A stretch of DNA of 32,000 nt from Saprospiraceae bacterium (GCA_035326365.1 DAOLFJ010000010.1:1657-33656), one strand, 5' to 3'. Positions 16,062 to 24,681 are shown, counted from the stretch's first letter. The notes: generated by a model not told the origin, from the letters alone. Made by a program: numbers and translations.

Positions 16062-16796
16062 ATGAACATAAATAATCATTCAATCATTGGTGACATCGTA
16101 GCTCACAATTTTAAAACAGCTGAAATTTTTAGATCATATGGAGTTGATTTTTGTTGTAAGGGCAACAGGGCTTTAGATGATCTCGCGAAGAGTGAGAATT
16201 TGGATATATCAAGACTTATCATAGAGCTAGAGTCTATGAGTTCCGTAAGTAGTAATTCACCTATTGACTTTAAATCATGGCCTTTGGATTTGTTGGCTGA
16301 TTATATCGAGAAGACATATCATCGGTATATAGAAGAGAAAACCCCAATAATTAATGAGTATCTCTTGAAAGTGCGCAACGTACATGGACATAGACATCCA
16401 GAGTTGTATAAAATTCATGAAATCTTCGTAGCATCTACATCTGACTTATTTAGTCATATGAAGAAAGAAGAAAATATATTATTTCCATGTATAAGACAAA
16501 TGGTAACTGACGAAAGAAACAAGGTTGTTTACAAGTCTCCTGCTTTTGGAAGTATAAAAAATCCAATCAATATGATGATGGAAGAACACTTGACAGAGGG
16601 AGATCGATATAGAGAAATATCAACTTTATCAAATAACTATTCACCTCCAAATGATGCTTGTAATACATATTTAGTTGCATTCGGCATGTTAAATGAGTTT
16701 GAACTCAAGCTTCATGAGCATATTCACTTAGAGAATAATATTCTTTTTCCAAGTGCGATAAAATCTGAAGAAATACTGGCTAATAAGGTGAACTAG
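16062..16796 (+). CDS. ric: iron-sulfur cluster repair di-iron protein (RIC / ScdA / YtfE / DnrN family)
   Basis: 244 aa. N-terminal ScdA-type motif GVDFCCKGNRAL plus hemerythrin-like His/Glu helices (HRYIEEKT, HGHRHPEL, MMEEHLTEGD, HEHIHLENNILFP). Confidence 0.9.
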   Translation: MNINNHSIIGDIVAHNFKTAEIFRSYGVDFCCKGNRALDDLAKSENLDISRLIIELESMSSVSSNSPIDFKSWPLDLLADYIEKTYHRYIEEKTPIINEYLLKVRNVHGHRHPELYKIHEIFVASTSDLFSHMKKEENILFPCIRQMVTDERNKVVYKSPAFGSIKNPINMMMEEHLTEGDRYREISTLSNNYSPPNDACNTYLVAFGMLNEFELKLHEHIHLENNILFPSAIKSEEILANKVN

Positions 16797-18932
16797 ATGA
16801 ATGCACAACAATTTGTTATAAAGAGAAATGGTGAATACCAAATATTTTGGGATTTTAAAATTAAGGATGCCATTCAAAAGGCTTTTGATAGTGTTTCCGA
16901 AGGTATTTACGATGATGATTTTGATAAGGTATTTGATAAAGTCATGATATCAATATATTCAATACCTGTTATTTCCGTAGAAGAAATTCAGGATGTCATC
17001 GAAAAAGTATTGTATGAATTGCATTACTTTAATGCGATGAGGAGTTTTATGTTATATCGTCACACTCGGAAAATGCAAAGGGAACATGTTAATGGGCTGA
17101 TAGATGATACCACTTTTATAGATAGCACTCACGCTATAGAGGAATATATTGATGGAACAGATTGGCGTATTAATGCCAATGCAAATACTTCTTATTCCAA
17201 TGCAGGTTTGATAAATAACGTTTCCGGTAAAATTATTGCTAATTATTGGTTAGATAAAATTTATTCTAAAGAAGAGGGTTTTGCACATAGAAACGGAGAT
17301 ATACATATTCATGATCTCGATAGTTTGACCGGTTACTGTGCCGGTTGGAGTCTTCGGGTATTACTCAATGAGGGATTTAATGGCGTGAGGGGAAGAGTCG
17401 AGAGTCGGCCACCTAATCATTTTAGAGAGGCACTTGGCCAAATGGCTAATTTTCTCGGTATTCTTCAGAGCGAGTGGGCTGGGGCACAAGCTTTCAGTTC
17501 GTTTGATACTTATTTGGCACCATATGTTTTTAAGGATAATCTGGAGTATCAGGACATACTGAAAGCTATAAGAAGTTTCATATATAACCTAAATGTGCCC
17601 GCTAGGTGGGGACAGTCTCCATTTACAAATATCACTCTTGACTGGGTAGTGCCAGAAGATTTGAAACCACAGTTTCCTTCTAGAAATGATCGTCATCTCT
17701 TCGAAAATATTATAGATATCACTTTACTTGAAAAAGCCAATTCATTTGGGTTATGTTCCCTTACGGAAATGTGTTATGTTCATTTCCAAAGAGAAATGGA
17801 TTTAATTAATAAAGCTTTTTATCAAGTAATGACCGAAGGTGACGCGCATGGACAACCATTTACTTTTCCCATACCGACGGTCAATATCACTGAAGATTTT
17901 GATTGGTATGGCGAGAATACCGATATTTTATTTGAAAATACTGCAAAAATAGGTTCTTCTTACTTTCAGAATTTTGTAGGCAGTCAATATATGTTTGATA
18001 GTGGTGGGAAAAAGGTTGAAAATCCATTTGCATATAAGCCAAATGCGGTCAGAAGTATGTGCTGTAGATTACAGCTGGATCTTAGAGAATTGCTCAAAAG
18101 AGGTAACGGGTTATTTGGCAGTGCTGAAATGACAGGAAGTATTGGTGTAGTCACGATAAACATGGCTAGACTTGGATACATTTTCGCTGGCAATAAGAAC
18201 AAATTATTTGAGAAATTGGATCAATTGTTGATGATAGGTAAGTCCACGCTTGAAAAAAAGAGATCCTTTGTACAGCAAATGTTTGACCGAGGCTTATACC
18301 CCTACACAAAAAGATATCTCACAGGGTTTAAAAATCACTTTTCTACTATTGGTGTGAATGGAATGAATGAAATGATACTAAATTTCTCTAAAAACAAATA
18401 TGATATAAGTACCAAGAAAGGTATTTTATTTGCGGAAGAAATTCTTGATTATATTCGGCTAAGGTTAAAAGAATTTCAGGAAGATACAGGTAATCTATAT
18501 AATCTAGAAGCAACGCCTGCTGAAGGTACAACCTATCGTTTTGCAAAAGAAGATATTAAAAGATTTCCCAATATAATTCAAGCAGGCGATAATGAGCATA
18601 TTTATTATACCAATAGTTCGCAATTATCAGTAGATTATACGGATGATCCATTTGAAGCTTTGCTATTACAGGATAACTTACAGTGCAAATATACGGGTGG
18701 CACAGTGTTACATCTTTATATGAGCGAAAAAATTAATAACGCTGAATCATGTAGAAATTTTGTAAAAAAAGTCATAACAAATTTCAGACTCCCATACATA
18801 ACAGTGACGCCTCTTTTCAGTATTTGTCCTGTGCATGGATATCTAAATGGAGAGCATGATTTTTGTCATCTCTGCGATGATATATTATTAGAAAAATTAA
18901 ATTCACAAAAATATGAACTTGGTCAAAAGTAA
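16797..18932 (+). CDS. nrdD: anaerobic ribonucleoside-triphosphate reductase (class III), catalytic body; reading frame ends before the glycyl-radical motif
   Basis: 711 aa. The ATG directly abuts the ric stop (TAGATG). It has an ATP-cone-like N-terminus, a class III RNR core including SMCCRL, and the first half of the C-terminal Zn-ribbon (CPVHGYLNGEHDFCHLC). The RVxGY glycyl-radical motif is missing from this frame. Confidence 0.85.
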   Translation: MNAQQFVIKRNGEYQIFWDFKIKDAIQKAFDSVSEGIYDDDFDKVFDKVMISIYSIPVISVEEIQDVIEKVLYELHYFNAMRSFMLYRHTRKMQREHVNGLIDDTTFIDSTHAIEEYIDGTDWRINANANTSYSNAGLINNVSGKIIANYWLDKIYSKEEGFAHRNGDIHIHDLDSLTGYCAGWSLRVLLNEGFNGVRGRVESRPPNHFREALGQMANFLGILQSEWAGAQAFSSFDTYLAPYVFKDNLEYQDILKAIRSFIYNLNVPARWGQSPFTNITLDWVVPEDLKPQFPSRNDRHLFENIIDITLLEKANSFGLCSLTEMCYVHFQREMDLINKAFYQVMTEGDAHGQPFTFPIPTVNITEDFDWYGENTDILFENTAKIGSSYFQNFVGSQYMFDSGGKKVENPFAYKPNAVRSMCCRLQLDLRELLKRGNGLFGSAEMTGSIGVVTINMARLGYIFAGNKNKLFEKLDQLLMIGKSTLEKKRSFVQQMFDRGLYPYTKRYLTGFKNHFSTIGVNGMNEMILNFSKNKYDISTKKGILFAEEILDYIRLRLKEFQEDTGNLYNLEATPAEGTTYRFAKEDIKRFPNIIQAGDNEHIYYTNSSQLSVDYTDDPFEALLLQDNLQCKYTGGTVLHLYMSEKINNAESCRNFVKKVITNFRLPYITVTPLFSICPVHGYLNGEHDFCHLCDDILLEKLNSQKYELGQK

Positions 18933-19095
18933 CTCAATACTCGAAATGCATATAGAAAAAAGGACAAAATGTCTTGTTTACACAAGGGTGATGGGTTATC
19001 ATCGTCCTGTAGAAAGTTTTAATAAAGGAAAAAAAGGTGAACATAATCAGCGAACATATTTTAGACAACAAATTGAAGAGAAAGTCAATTTATAG
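18913..19095 (+). CDS. nrdD: NrdD C-terminal glycyl-radical segment displaced into the +1 frame
   Basis: The frame is open from 18901. It encodes ...EKRTKCLVYTRVMGYHRPVESFNKGKKGEHNQRTYF, the canonical class III RNR glycyl-radical tail (RVMGY). It overlaps the end of the 16797-18932 frame by 32 nt. Confidence 0.8.
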   Translation: MNLVKSNSILEMHIEKRTKCLVYTRVMGYHRPVESFNKGKKGEHNQRTYFRQQIEEKVNL

Positions 19096-19750
19096 TTTGA
19101 CGCCCTTCACGCTAATAGACTATCCCGATAAAACATCTTGTGTACTATGGTTTTCAGGCTGTAATATGAGGTGCGTCTATTGTTACAATCCTGAAATAGT
19201 GAAGGGTAAAGGGAATTATAATTTTTATGATATCATAGACTTTCTCGAATCTCGTAAAGGTCTGCTTGATGCCGTGGTCTTAAGTGGAGGCGAGTGTCTT
19301 TTGCATGATTCAGTAGTAGATATATTAATCGCCATAAAAAAAATAGGGTTTTTAGTAAAAATTGATACAAATGGTAGTAAACCAGACACTTTAAAGTACT
19401 TAATAGATCATTTATTAATTGATTATGTTTCGCTTGATTTTAAAGCTCTCCCGTACAAATATTATGAAATTACAGGTTCAGATTTTTATGATCATTTTAT
19501 CAGCTCATTGAGTATCATGCAGAATGCTACAATTGATTTTGAAGTTAGAACGACTATTCATTCATCTCTCTTTACAAAAACAGATTTAGAATCTATGATA
19601 GATATTTTATCTGGCTTAGGGTATAAAGGAAAGTACTTTCTTCAATATTTTCGCCCAGGTACAGGGACGCTTGGGAATTTAGGTGAATCAATTTTTGGAT
19701 CTAATTTGAAAGAAATGAATGGCAGGGGTATGGAATTAATATTTAGGTAA
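19037..19750 (+). CDS. nrdG: anaerobic ribonucleotide reductase activating protein (radical SAM)
   Basis: Contains the radical-SAM motif CNMRCVYC and SLTPFTLIDYPDK, typical of the NrdG N-terminus. The track start is a GTG at 19037. A TTG at 19073 (MKRKSIYSLTPF...) is an equally plausible start. Confidence 0.85.
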   Translation: MNIISEHILDNKLKRKSIYSLTPFTLIDYPDKTSCVLWFSGCNMRCVYCYNPEIVKGKGNYNFYDIIDFLESRKGLLDAVVLSGGECLLHDSVVDILIAIKKIGFLVKIDTNGSKPDTLKYLIDHLLIDYVSLDFKALPYKYYEITGSDFYDHFISSLSIMQNATIDFEVRTTIHSSLFTKTDLESMIDILSGLGYKGKYFLQYFRPGTGTLGNLGESIFGSNLKEMNGRGMELIFR

Positions 19751-19985
19751 ATTGTACATAAAATAAATTCTGAAGTCTTTGTTAAACCTAATCATAAGAC
19801 ATATTGGACTCTGCCAATTATCTTGTAATTTTACTTTAGTTTTTTACTTTGTCGAATAATTATTAGGCAATATCTTAAAAACAATGCATCTTGCTGGACG
19901 TTTAAAAAAGTACCATTGAATTATGGTCGAATTTTTGATATCATTAATTCTTATTATTGTTTTGACCATTAAAGAAAAAAAGAAT

Positions 19986-20417
19986 ATGTTTTCAAAAGCC
20001 TGTGAGTATGCCATAAGAGCATCTATATATATTGCATCACAAACGATAATAGGTAATCGAGTTAGTCTGATAGATGTATCTAATAAAATTGATTCGCCAG
20101 AAGCGTTTACTTCCAAAATTCTCCAAAAGCTTGTAAAATTTAAGATTATTCAATCAATAAAAGGACCTAGAGGTGGGTTTGAAATAGAGAAAAACAAAAT
20201 GGAAGCTATCAACTTGAAGATGATTGTGGAAGCTTTTGAAGGAGATGTTTTAAATAGATGTAGTTTAGGACTTAATGAATGTTCGGATATGCATCCATGC
20301 CCATTTCATTATAAATACAAACCTATAAAACAAAATTTAATCCATATTTTTGAATCAACTAATTTAATTGATTTAATTCGACAAGATATAGAAGACCCTA
20401 CGTTTCTAAAAAAATAA
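19986..20417 (+). CDS. Rrf2-family transcriptional regulator with three-Cys cluster site (NsrR/IscR-like)
   Basis: 143 aa from ATG 19986 (MFSKACEYAIRASIYIA... winged HTH). C-x6-C-x5-C in NRCSLGLNECSDMHPCPFH. The 21-codon N-terminal extension in the track is hydrophobic junk. Confidence 0.85.
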   Translation: MFSKACEYAIRASIYIASQTIIGNRVSLIDVSNKIDSPEAFTSKILQKLVKFKIIQSIKGPRGGFEIEKNKMEAINLKMIVEAFEGDVLNRCSLGLNECSDMHPCPFHYKYKPIKQNLIHIFESTNLIDLIRQDIEDPTFLKK

Positions 20418-20420
20418 AAA

Positions 20421-20443
20421 GAGCCCCAAGAGTCTTGGAGCTC
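20421..20443. terminator. hairpin between the convergent Rrf2 and qNor genes; strong in the minus direction
   Basis: GAGCCCCAAG-AGT-CTTGGAGCTC (9 bp plus 1 mismatch). It is flanked by AAAAATAAAAA on the plus side, which reads as a U-tract after the hairpin for the norB transcript. Confidence 0.65.
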
Positions 20444-20491
20444 TAAAACAACGTATTTAAAATCACCAGAAATTATAACTTAAATATTTGG

Positions 20492-22846
20492 TTAGAGGGC
20501 CTTATTTATTTTGTCAGAAATAGGATCCATTTGTTCAATTGCAGTCACGGTAGATTTGAGGGATTTGATTCTAGTGACAATAAACCATGTCAATGGTATT
20601 ACACCTCCGAAGAAAAATACACTTGCCCCAATACCTCTCATCCAGGTAAGCTTATTGAATATGCCGTAATCAACAAATTCATGTGATCGACCATACCAAA
20701 GTCCTTGTTCTACAACTGCTTTAAATTGGATAGAACCCGCAGGAAAAAGATCAAGCACAACCATCAGCATTAGCCCAATATTGATGGACCAAAATGAGAA
20801 ATTGACTACTTTTTTATTCCAATGTTCTTCTTTTATCATAAGTCTAGAAGCAAACAAAAGTGCAGCTAATGAGATATTTCCATATACGCCCATTAGGGCT
20901 GCGTGTGCGTGATTCACAGTGAGATATGTCCCGTGTTCGAAGTAATTCATAATTGGAAGATTTATGATAATCCCTAATACTCCGGCGCCGAAAAAATTCC
21001 AGAAATTAACGGCTATAAGAAATAGAAAAACTTCTGGAAACCCAAAGTTCCCAAAGTTTTTATGCTCTACACCACTTAACGCCATTTTCGGCATGTTTTT
21101 AAATCTATAAGCTTCTACTGTAAGTAGGATTAAAGGGACAAATTGTAGTGTGGAGAACACACTTCCCAATGCCATGGTAGCAACAGGTTTGGCGTTCCAG
21201 TAAAAATTATGCGATATACCTAGGAGTCCAGTACCGAGAAAAAGGATTGTTGCAAAATAAACTACTCTTATTGCTGCCTGCCTTGAAACTAATCCCATTA
21301 ATACCATCAAATAACTCACGATGACTGTGATAAAAACTTCAAAAAATGCTTCAACCCACATATGAATTACCATCCATCTCCAAAAATCAGCAATTACAAA
21401 ATTGGTTTCGGGCTTGGCGACGAAGCCTGATAAGAAAAGTAATGGAATACCAATAACGGAATACAATATCCAGTTGGGTAAATTCCAAGGTTCCTTTTTG
21501 ATTAATGCTGGTTTTATGCCACGATAAACTACGATCATCCATAATATAAATACACCCATTAGGATTACTTGAAAGCCTTTACCAAAATCTACAAACTCCC
21601 ATCCTTGATGTCCTAACCAGTACCACCACTCTCCCATTAATCCTAATGGACCTAAGATCATACCAGTAAGGGAGCCACCAACCAAAACAAAAAGCATAAT
21701 GAACAATATATTAATCAAACGTAGCTGACCAGGTAATTCCTTTTTTGATAATATAGGTAGAATGAAAATAGAAGATGCAATCCAACAAGTAGATATCCAA
21801 TACAGGGACAGCATAAGATGCCAACTTCTAGATATAGTGACGGGGAAACTATCATTTATTTCTATTCCAAAAAAACCAAGCCAATTGACAAAATCATTGA
21901 TTGTAATCAACCCGCTAGATACCTGAAGGAAAAATAAAAGAATCGCTACAAAAAAGAATTTGAACGTAGCTTTTTGAGTAGGGGTAGGAGAAAAATCTTT
22001 TACTCTTTCTTCTGAAAATAAATCTTTGGTGGCTGGTTTGAAGAATTTATTTGGCAATTGATTATATTGACCAATAAAATATAATACTATACCGCACATT
22101 AAAACAAAGGCTAATAGACCTAAGACACTCCATAAAATAACAGGTGAAGTGGGAGCGTTTCCAGAACTTGGGTCGAATGGCCAATTATGAGTATAACTAT
22201 AATTTTCTCCAGGCCGTTCAGTCACGCAGACCCAAGCACCCCAGAAAAAAAATGAGCTTAGGTCCTTCACTTCTTCTAGACCTTTTATATAGCCTTTGGG
22301 CAATGAACCAACTCCTACCTTATTATTGTTATATATATTTATATAATATTGCTGTACACTTTGATGGGCATAAACTTGGGCAGGAGTAAGGACTACCAAA
22401 CCAGTTGTTTTATCATAGCGGTTTTCTTTAAGCTCTTGTTTTACTTTTTCTTTAATTTGTTTTCTTTCTAGCTCATCGGGCCGAGAACCATTTAAAGTAT
22501 GATATTCATTTGCATAGTATTCTGACATGGCTAAAGATGTTTGATGCAAAGCTTCTGCTGTAAAATCAGGTCCTCTTTGGGCCCCATCGCCAAAGAAGCT
22601 ACCATATTCCATCAGTGCATATTTATGAAATACTTCCTGGCCGTGCTCAATAGTTTTCTGGTCAAAAATCAGATTGTTTTTTTCATCACTAAACCCAGCC
22701 ATTGGTGGAGCATCGATGTATGTTTGATACCCGATCATTCCTACGCCAAGTAAACTGATGACAAGTATAAATGTCAAAGGTCCCCACCAGGTTTTGGTGT
22801 TCATAATATAACTTATACTTTTAGACCCATTGTTTTGAGCTTCCAT
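20492..22846 (-). CDS. norB: quinol-dependent nitric oxide reductase, single-subunit qNor (NorZ-type NorB)
   Basis: 784 aa. N-terminal TM helix plus a periplasmic extension of about 200 aa fused to a heme-copper-oxidase-like 12-TM core with His-bearing helices (HNWPF, HMWVEAFFE, HNFYWN, NHAHAALMGVYG). Confidence 0.9.
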   Translation of the reverse strand: MEAQNNGSKSISYIMNTKTWWGPLTFILVISLLGVGMIGYQTYIDAPPMAGFSDEKNNLIFDQKTIEHGQEVFHKYALMEYGSFFGDGAQRGPDFTAEALHQTSLAMSEYYANEYHTLNGSRPDELERKQIKEKVKQELKENRYDKTTGLVVLTPAQVYAHQSVQQYYINIYNNNKVGVGSLPKGYIKGLEEVKDLSSFFFWGAWVCVTERPGENYSYTHNWPFDPSSGNAPTSPVILWSVLGLLAFVLMCGIVLYFIGQYNQLPNKFFKPATKDLFSEERVKDFSPTPTQKATFKFFFVAILLFFLQVSSGLITINDFVNWLGFFGIEINDSFPVTISRSWHLMLSLYWISTCWIASSIFILPILSKKELPGQLRLINILFIMLFVLVGGSLTGMILGPLGLMGEWWYWLGHQGWEFVDFGKGFQVILMGVFILWMIVVYRGIKPALIKKEPWNLPNWILYSVIGIPLLFLSGFVAKPETNFVIADFWRWMVIHMWVEAFFEVFITVIVSYLMVLMGLVSRQAAIRVVYFATILFLGTGLLGISHNFYWNAKPVATMALGSVFSTLQFVPLILLTVEAYRFKNMPKMALSGVEHKNFGNFGFPEVFLFLIAVNFWNFFGAGVLGIIINLPIMNYFEHGTYLTVNHAHAALMGVYGNISLAALLFASRLMIKEEHWNKKVVNFSFWSINIGLMLMVVLDLFPAGSIQFKAVVEQGLWYGRSHEFVDYGIFNKLTWMRGIGASVFFFGGVIPLTWFIVTRIKSLKSTVTAIEQMDPISDKINKAL

Positions 22847-22995
22847 TCTATTTGATTTAACGAAGTAATTAAAAAATAAAATATATGGTATTTTGGGCTA
22901 TCGAAGAGTGTAGTAGCCCGATATACGGACTACTACCTCTGAAAGGAACTTTATGTTTAATGTTAAGGAAATAAGTAGCCTTTATTCTCGTCGTT

Positions 22996-24396
22996 TTATT
23001 TTTTCCAAGGTAAATTATTTACAGCTCTTCCTATTTCTGTGCCAAATCTAACACCCTCTTCAGCATCCATTCTGAAGTGTACTCCTAAAGGAACTCGAGA
23101 CCAAGCATTTTCTTGAGCCATCTCATAAAAACTAGAAAAAGTCCTAGGATAGCCGCTAAATTCAGGTCTATTTTTATGGCAATTGTCCGTCATACTGTAA
23201 CTATAACCAAAGACACTAGCCAAAGCTTCAGCTGACGATGCACTGAAAGTTGCGTGGCCTGATGGATATGCTGGAAAAGATGGTGTGATACCTTGATCAC
23301 CGGTAAGTGGATTATCTAAATTTGGTGTCCAACTAGGGTCTATTATTCTGTTAATATAGGTCTGTGGACGTTCTAAATTATAAAAGTATTTTGAATTCCA
23401 ACATGCGATACCAGCATCATGGAGCGCCAAACCAACTTTTGCGTTCGCGACGATAGCTTCTTCTAGGCTTGCCTTTTCGTTAACATATACCTGATCTGCT
23501 ATTGCAATCCAACGTGACGGAGGGCTGAATGTCAATCCTAATAAATCATCACTCCAAAACTCACCCAACCATTCAGCTTGATAAGATAATGAAGGTGTAT
23601 TTTGTGCCATTACTTCTATGGCCATTGCATAAAGTCCTGATTTTGGATCTTCACTATATGGTGCATAATATGAATAAGGTCGACAGAGTTTTTGGTCTTC
23701 ATTTATGGCTAAAGTTCTACCTTTCCCCCAATAGGGAAACATTCCAGCCCCAGGTCCAGGATAGGTAGCTATCCAGTCACCATCTTTTTTGTAATGGTCC
23801 TCCCATTTATAATCTTCAAAAACATTTTTGTATTTATCAAAGGTAGCTTGATCTGTTTTCATCCATTCCCACACTGCGGTAGCAACTGCCTCTCCATGGT
23901 ATTTGGATCGCAAAAATACTTCTTGAGTTATTTCTTTTGTGAATTTATTTTCATTTTCTAAAGAAAGTGTATTAATTTTATAAAACAACTCAGCTGCTAC
24001 TTCCGCAAATAATCTACTATACAAATATGTGTTAACAGAATTCACGACTGTAGGCCAATGGTATTCTTGGTTTTGATTTATAGAAGGAATTTTTAATCCA
24101 TTATAAAGGTTTGAAATTGATTTATAACTAGACATGCCTGATACACAAGCTTCATAATTAGCAAGGCCTACATAGCCAAGTGAATTAGAGACAGGTCCCG
24201 GTCTATATCCTGCTGCATGTCTTTCTATTTCAAGCCATAGGGTATTCCATTCATGAATAATATTGTAGTCAAATTGATCTACACTTTTAAAATTGAGATT
24301 ATTATCGCTATTAATATCTTTTTTGCAGGAAGAAAAAATCGCTATAATTATTAAGTAAGAGGTAATAATAGTTGGGAATTTAAACTTAGTGAACAT
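22996..24396 (-). CDS. PAP2-superfamily / vanadium-dependent-haloperoxidase-like lipoprotein
   Basis: 466 aa from ATG 24396 (MFTKFKFPTIITSYLIIIAIFSSC lipobox). The track start at 24429 is a TTG lying inside the 22-nt box. All three PAP2 motifs are intact: KYFYNLERP (Kx6RP), PSGH (YPSGHATFS) and SRVPLGVHFRMD (SRx5Hx3D). Confidence 0.8.
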   Translation of the reverse strand: MFTKFKFPTIITSYLIIIAIFSSCKKDINSDNNLNFKSVDQFDYNIIHEWNTLWLEIERHAAGYRPGPVSNSLGYVGLANYEACVSGMSSYKSISNLYNGLKIPSINQNQEYHWPTVVNSVNTYLYSRLFAEVAAELFYKINTLSLENENKFTKEITQEVFLRSKYHGEAVATAVWEWMKTDQATFDKYKNVFEDYKWEDHYKKDGDWIATYPGPGAGMFPYWGKGRTLAINEDQKLCRPYSYYAPYSEDPKSGLYAMAIEVMAQNTPSLSYQAEWLGEFWSDDLLGLTFSPPSRWIAIADQVYVNEKASLEEAIVANAKVGLALHDAGIACWNSKYFYNLERPQTYINRIIDPSWTPNLDNPLTGDQGITPSFPAYPSGHATFSASSAEALASVFGYSYSMTDNCHKNRPEFSGYPRTFSSFYEMAQENAWSRVPLGVHFRMDAEEGVRFGTEIGRAVNNLPWKK

Positions 24397-24416
24397 ATTG
24401 GTTTTATTTAAAATAT

Positions 24417-24438
24417 TAATAATGGACAAATATATCCA
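24417..24438 (-). promoter_or_regulatory. 22-nt box TGGATATATTTGTCCATTATTA (copy B), centre of a 36-bp near-perfect palindrome (24413-24448)
   Basis: The plus strand reads ATATTAATAATGGA-CAAATATA-TCCATTATTATTAT (13 of 14 arm positions pair). The box ends 20 nt upstream of ATG 24396. Confidence 0.6.
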
Positions 24439-24653
24439 TTATTATTATAACTAGGTAGTTTTATTTTATTTATTTTATTATAATCATCTAATTTAAGTTT
24501 ATTCAAAAATGAATCATGTTAGCACTGTTGCATCTTAGCGCCTCCAAACCATTTTATTTGTAATAAAGACAATACTAATAAAGAGCAAAACATAAGCTCA
24601 AAGATTTCAATTTTAGAGACTATATTATACAAATAAAAGGGAGAGTTTTAGAA

Positions 24654-24681
24654 AGTAGTAAAAGCAATGGGATTTACTACT
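24654..24681 (-). terminator. hairpin downstream of the truncated-globin gene (end of nos operon)
   Basis: AGTAGTAAA-N10-TTTACTACT, a perfect 9-bp stem. There is no clear U-tract, so terminator function is uncertain. Confidence 0.3.

Noticed and set aside
19844-20116. Minus-strand 90-aa ORF overlapping the Rrf2 promoter and start
   Set aside because: It overlaps the clearly recognisable Rrf2 HTH coding region on the other strand and has no signal of its own.
22144-23768. Plus-strand ORFs 22144-22389, 22541-22753 and 23529-23768
   Set aside because: They are antisense to qNor and the PAP2-like gene.
24519-24593. 25-codon hydrophobic minus-strand mini-ORF (MFCSLLVLSLLQIKWFGGAKMQQC) in the 370-nt spacer
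   Set aside because: It is too short, has no recognisable promoter spacing, and ORFs of this size are expected by chance.
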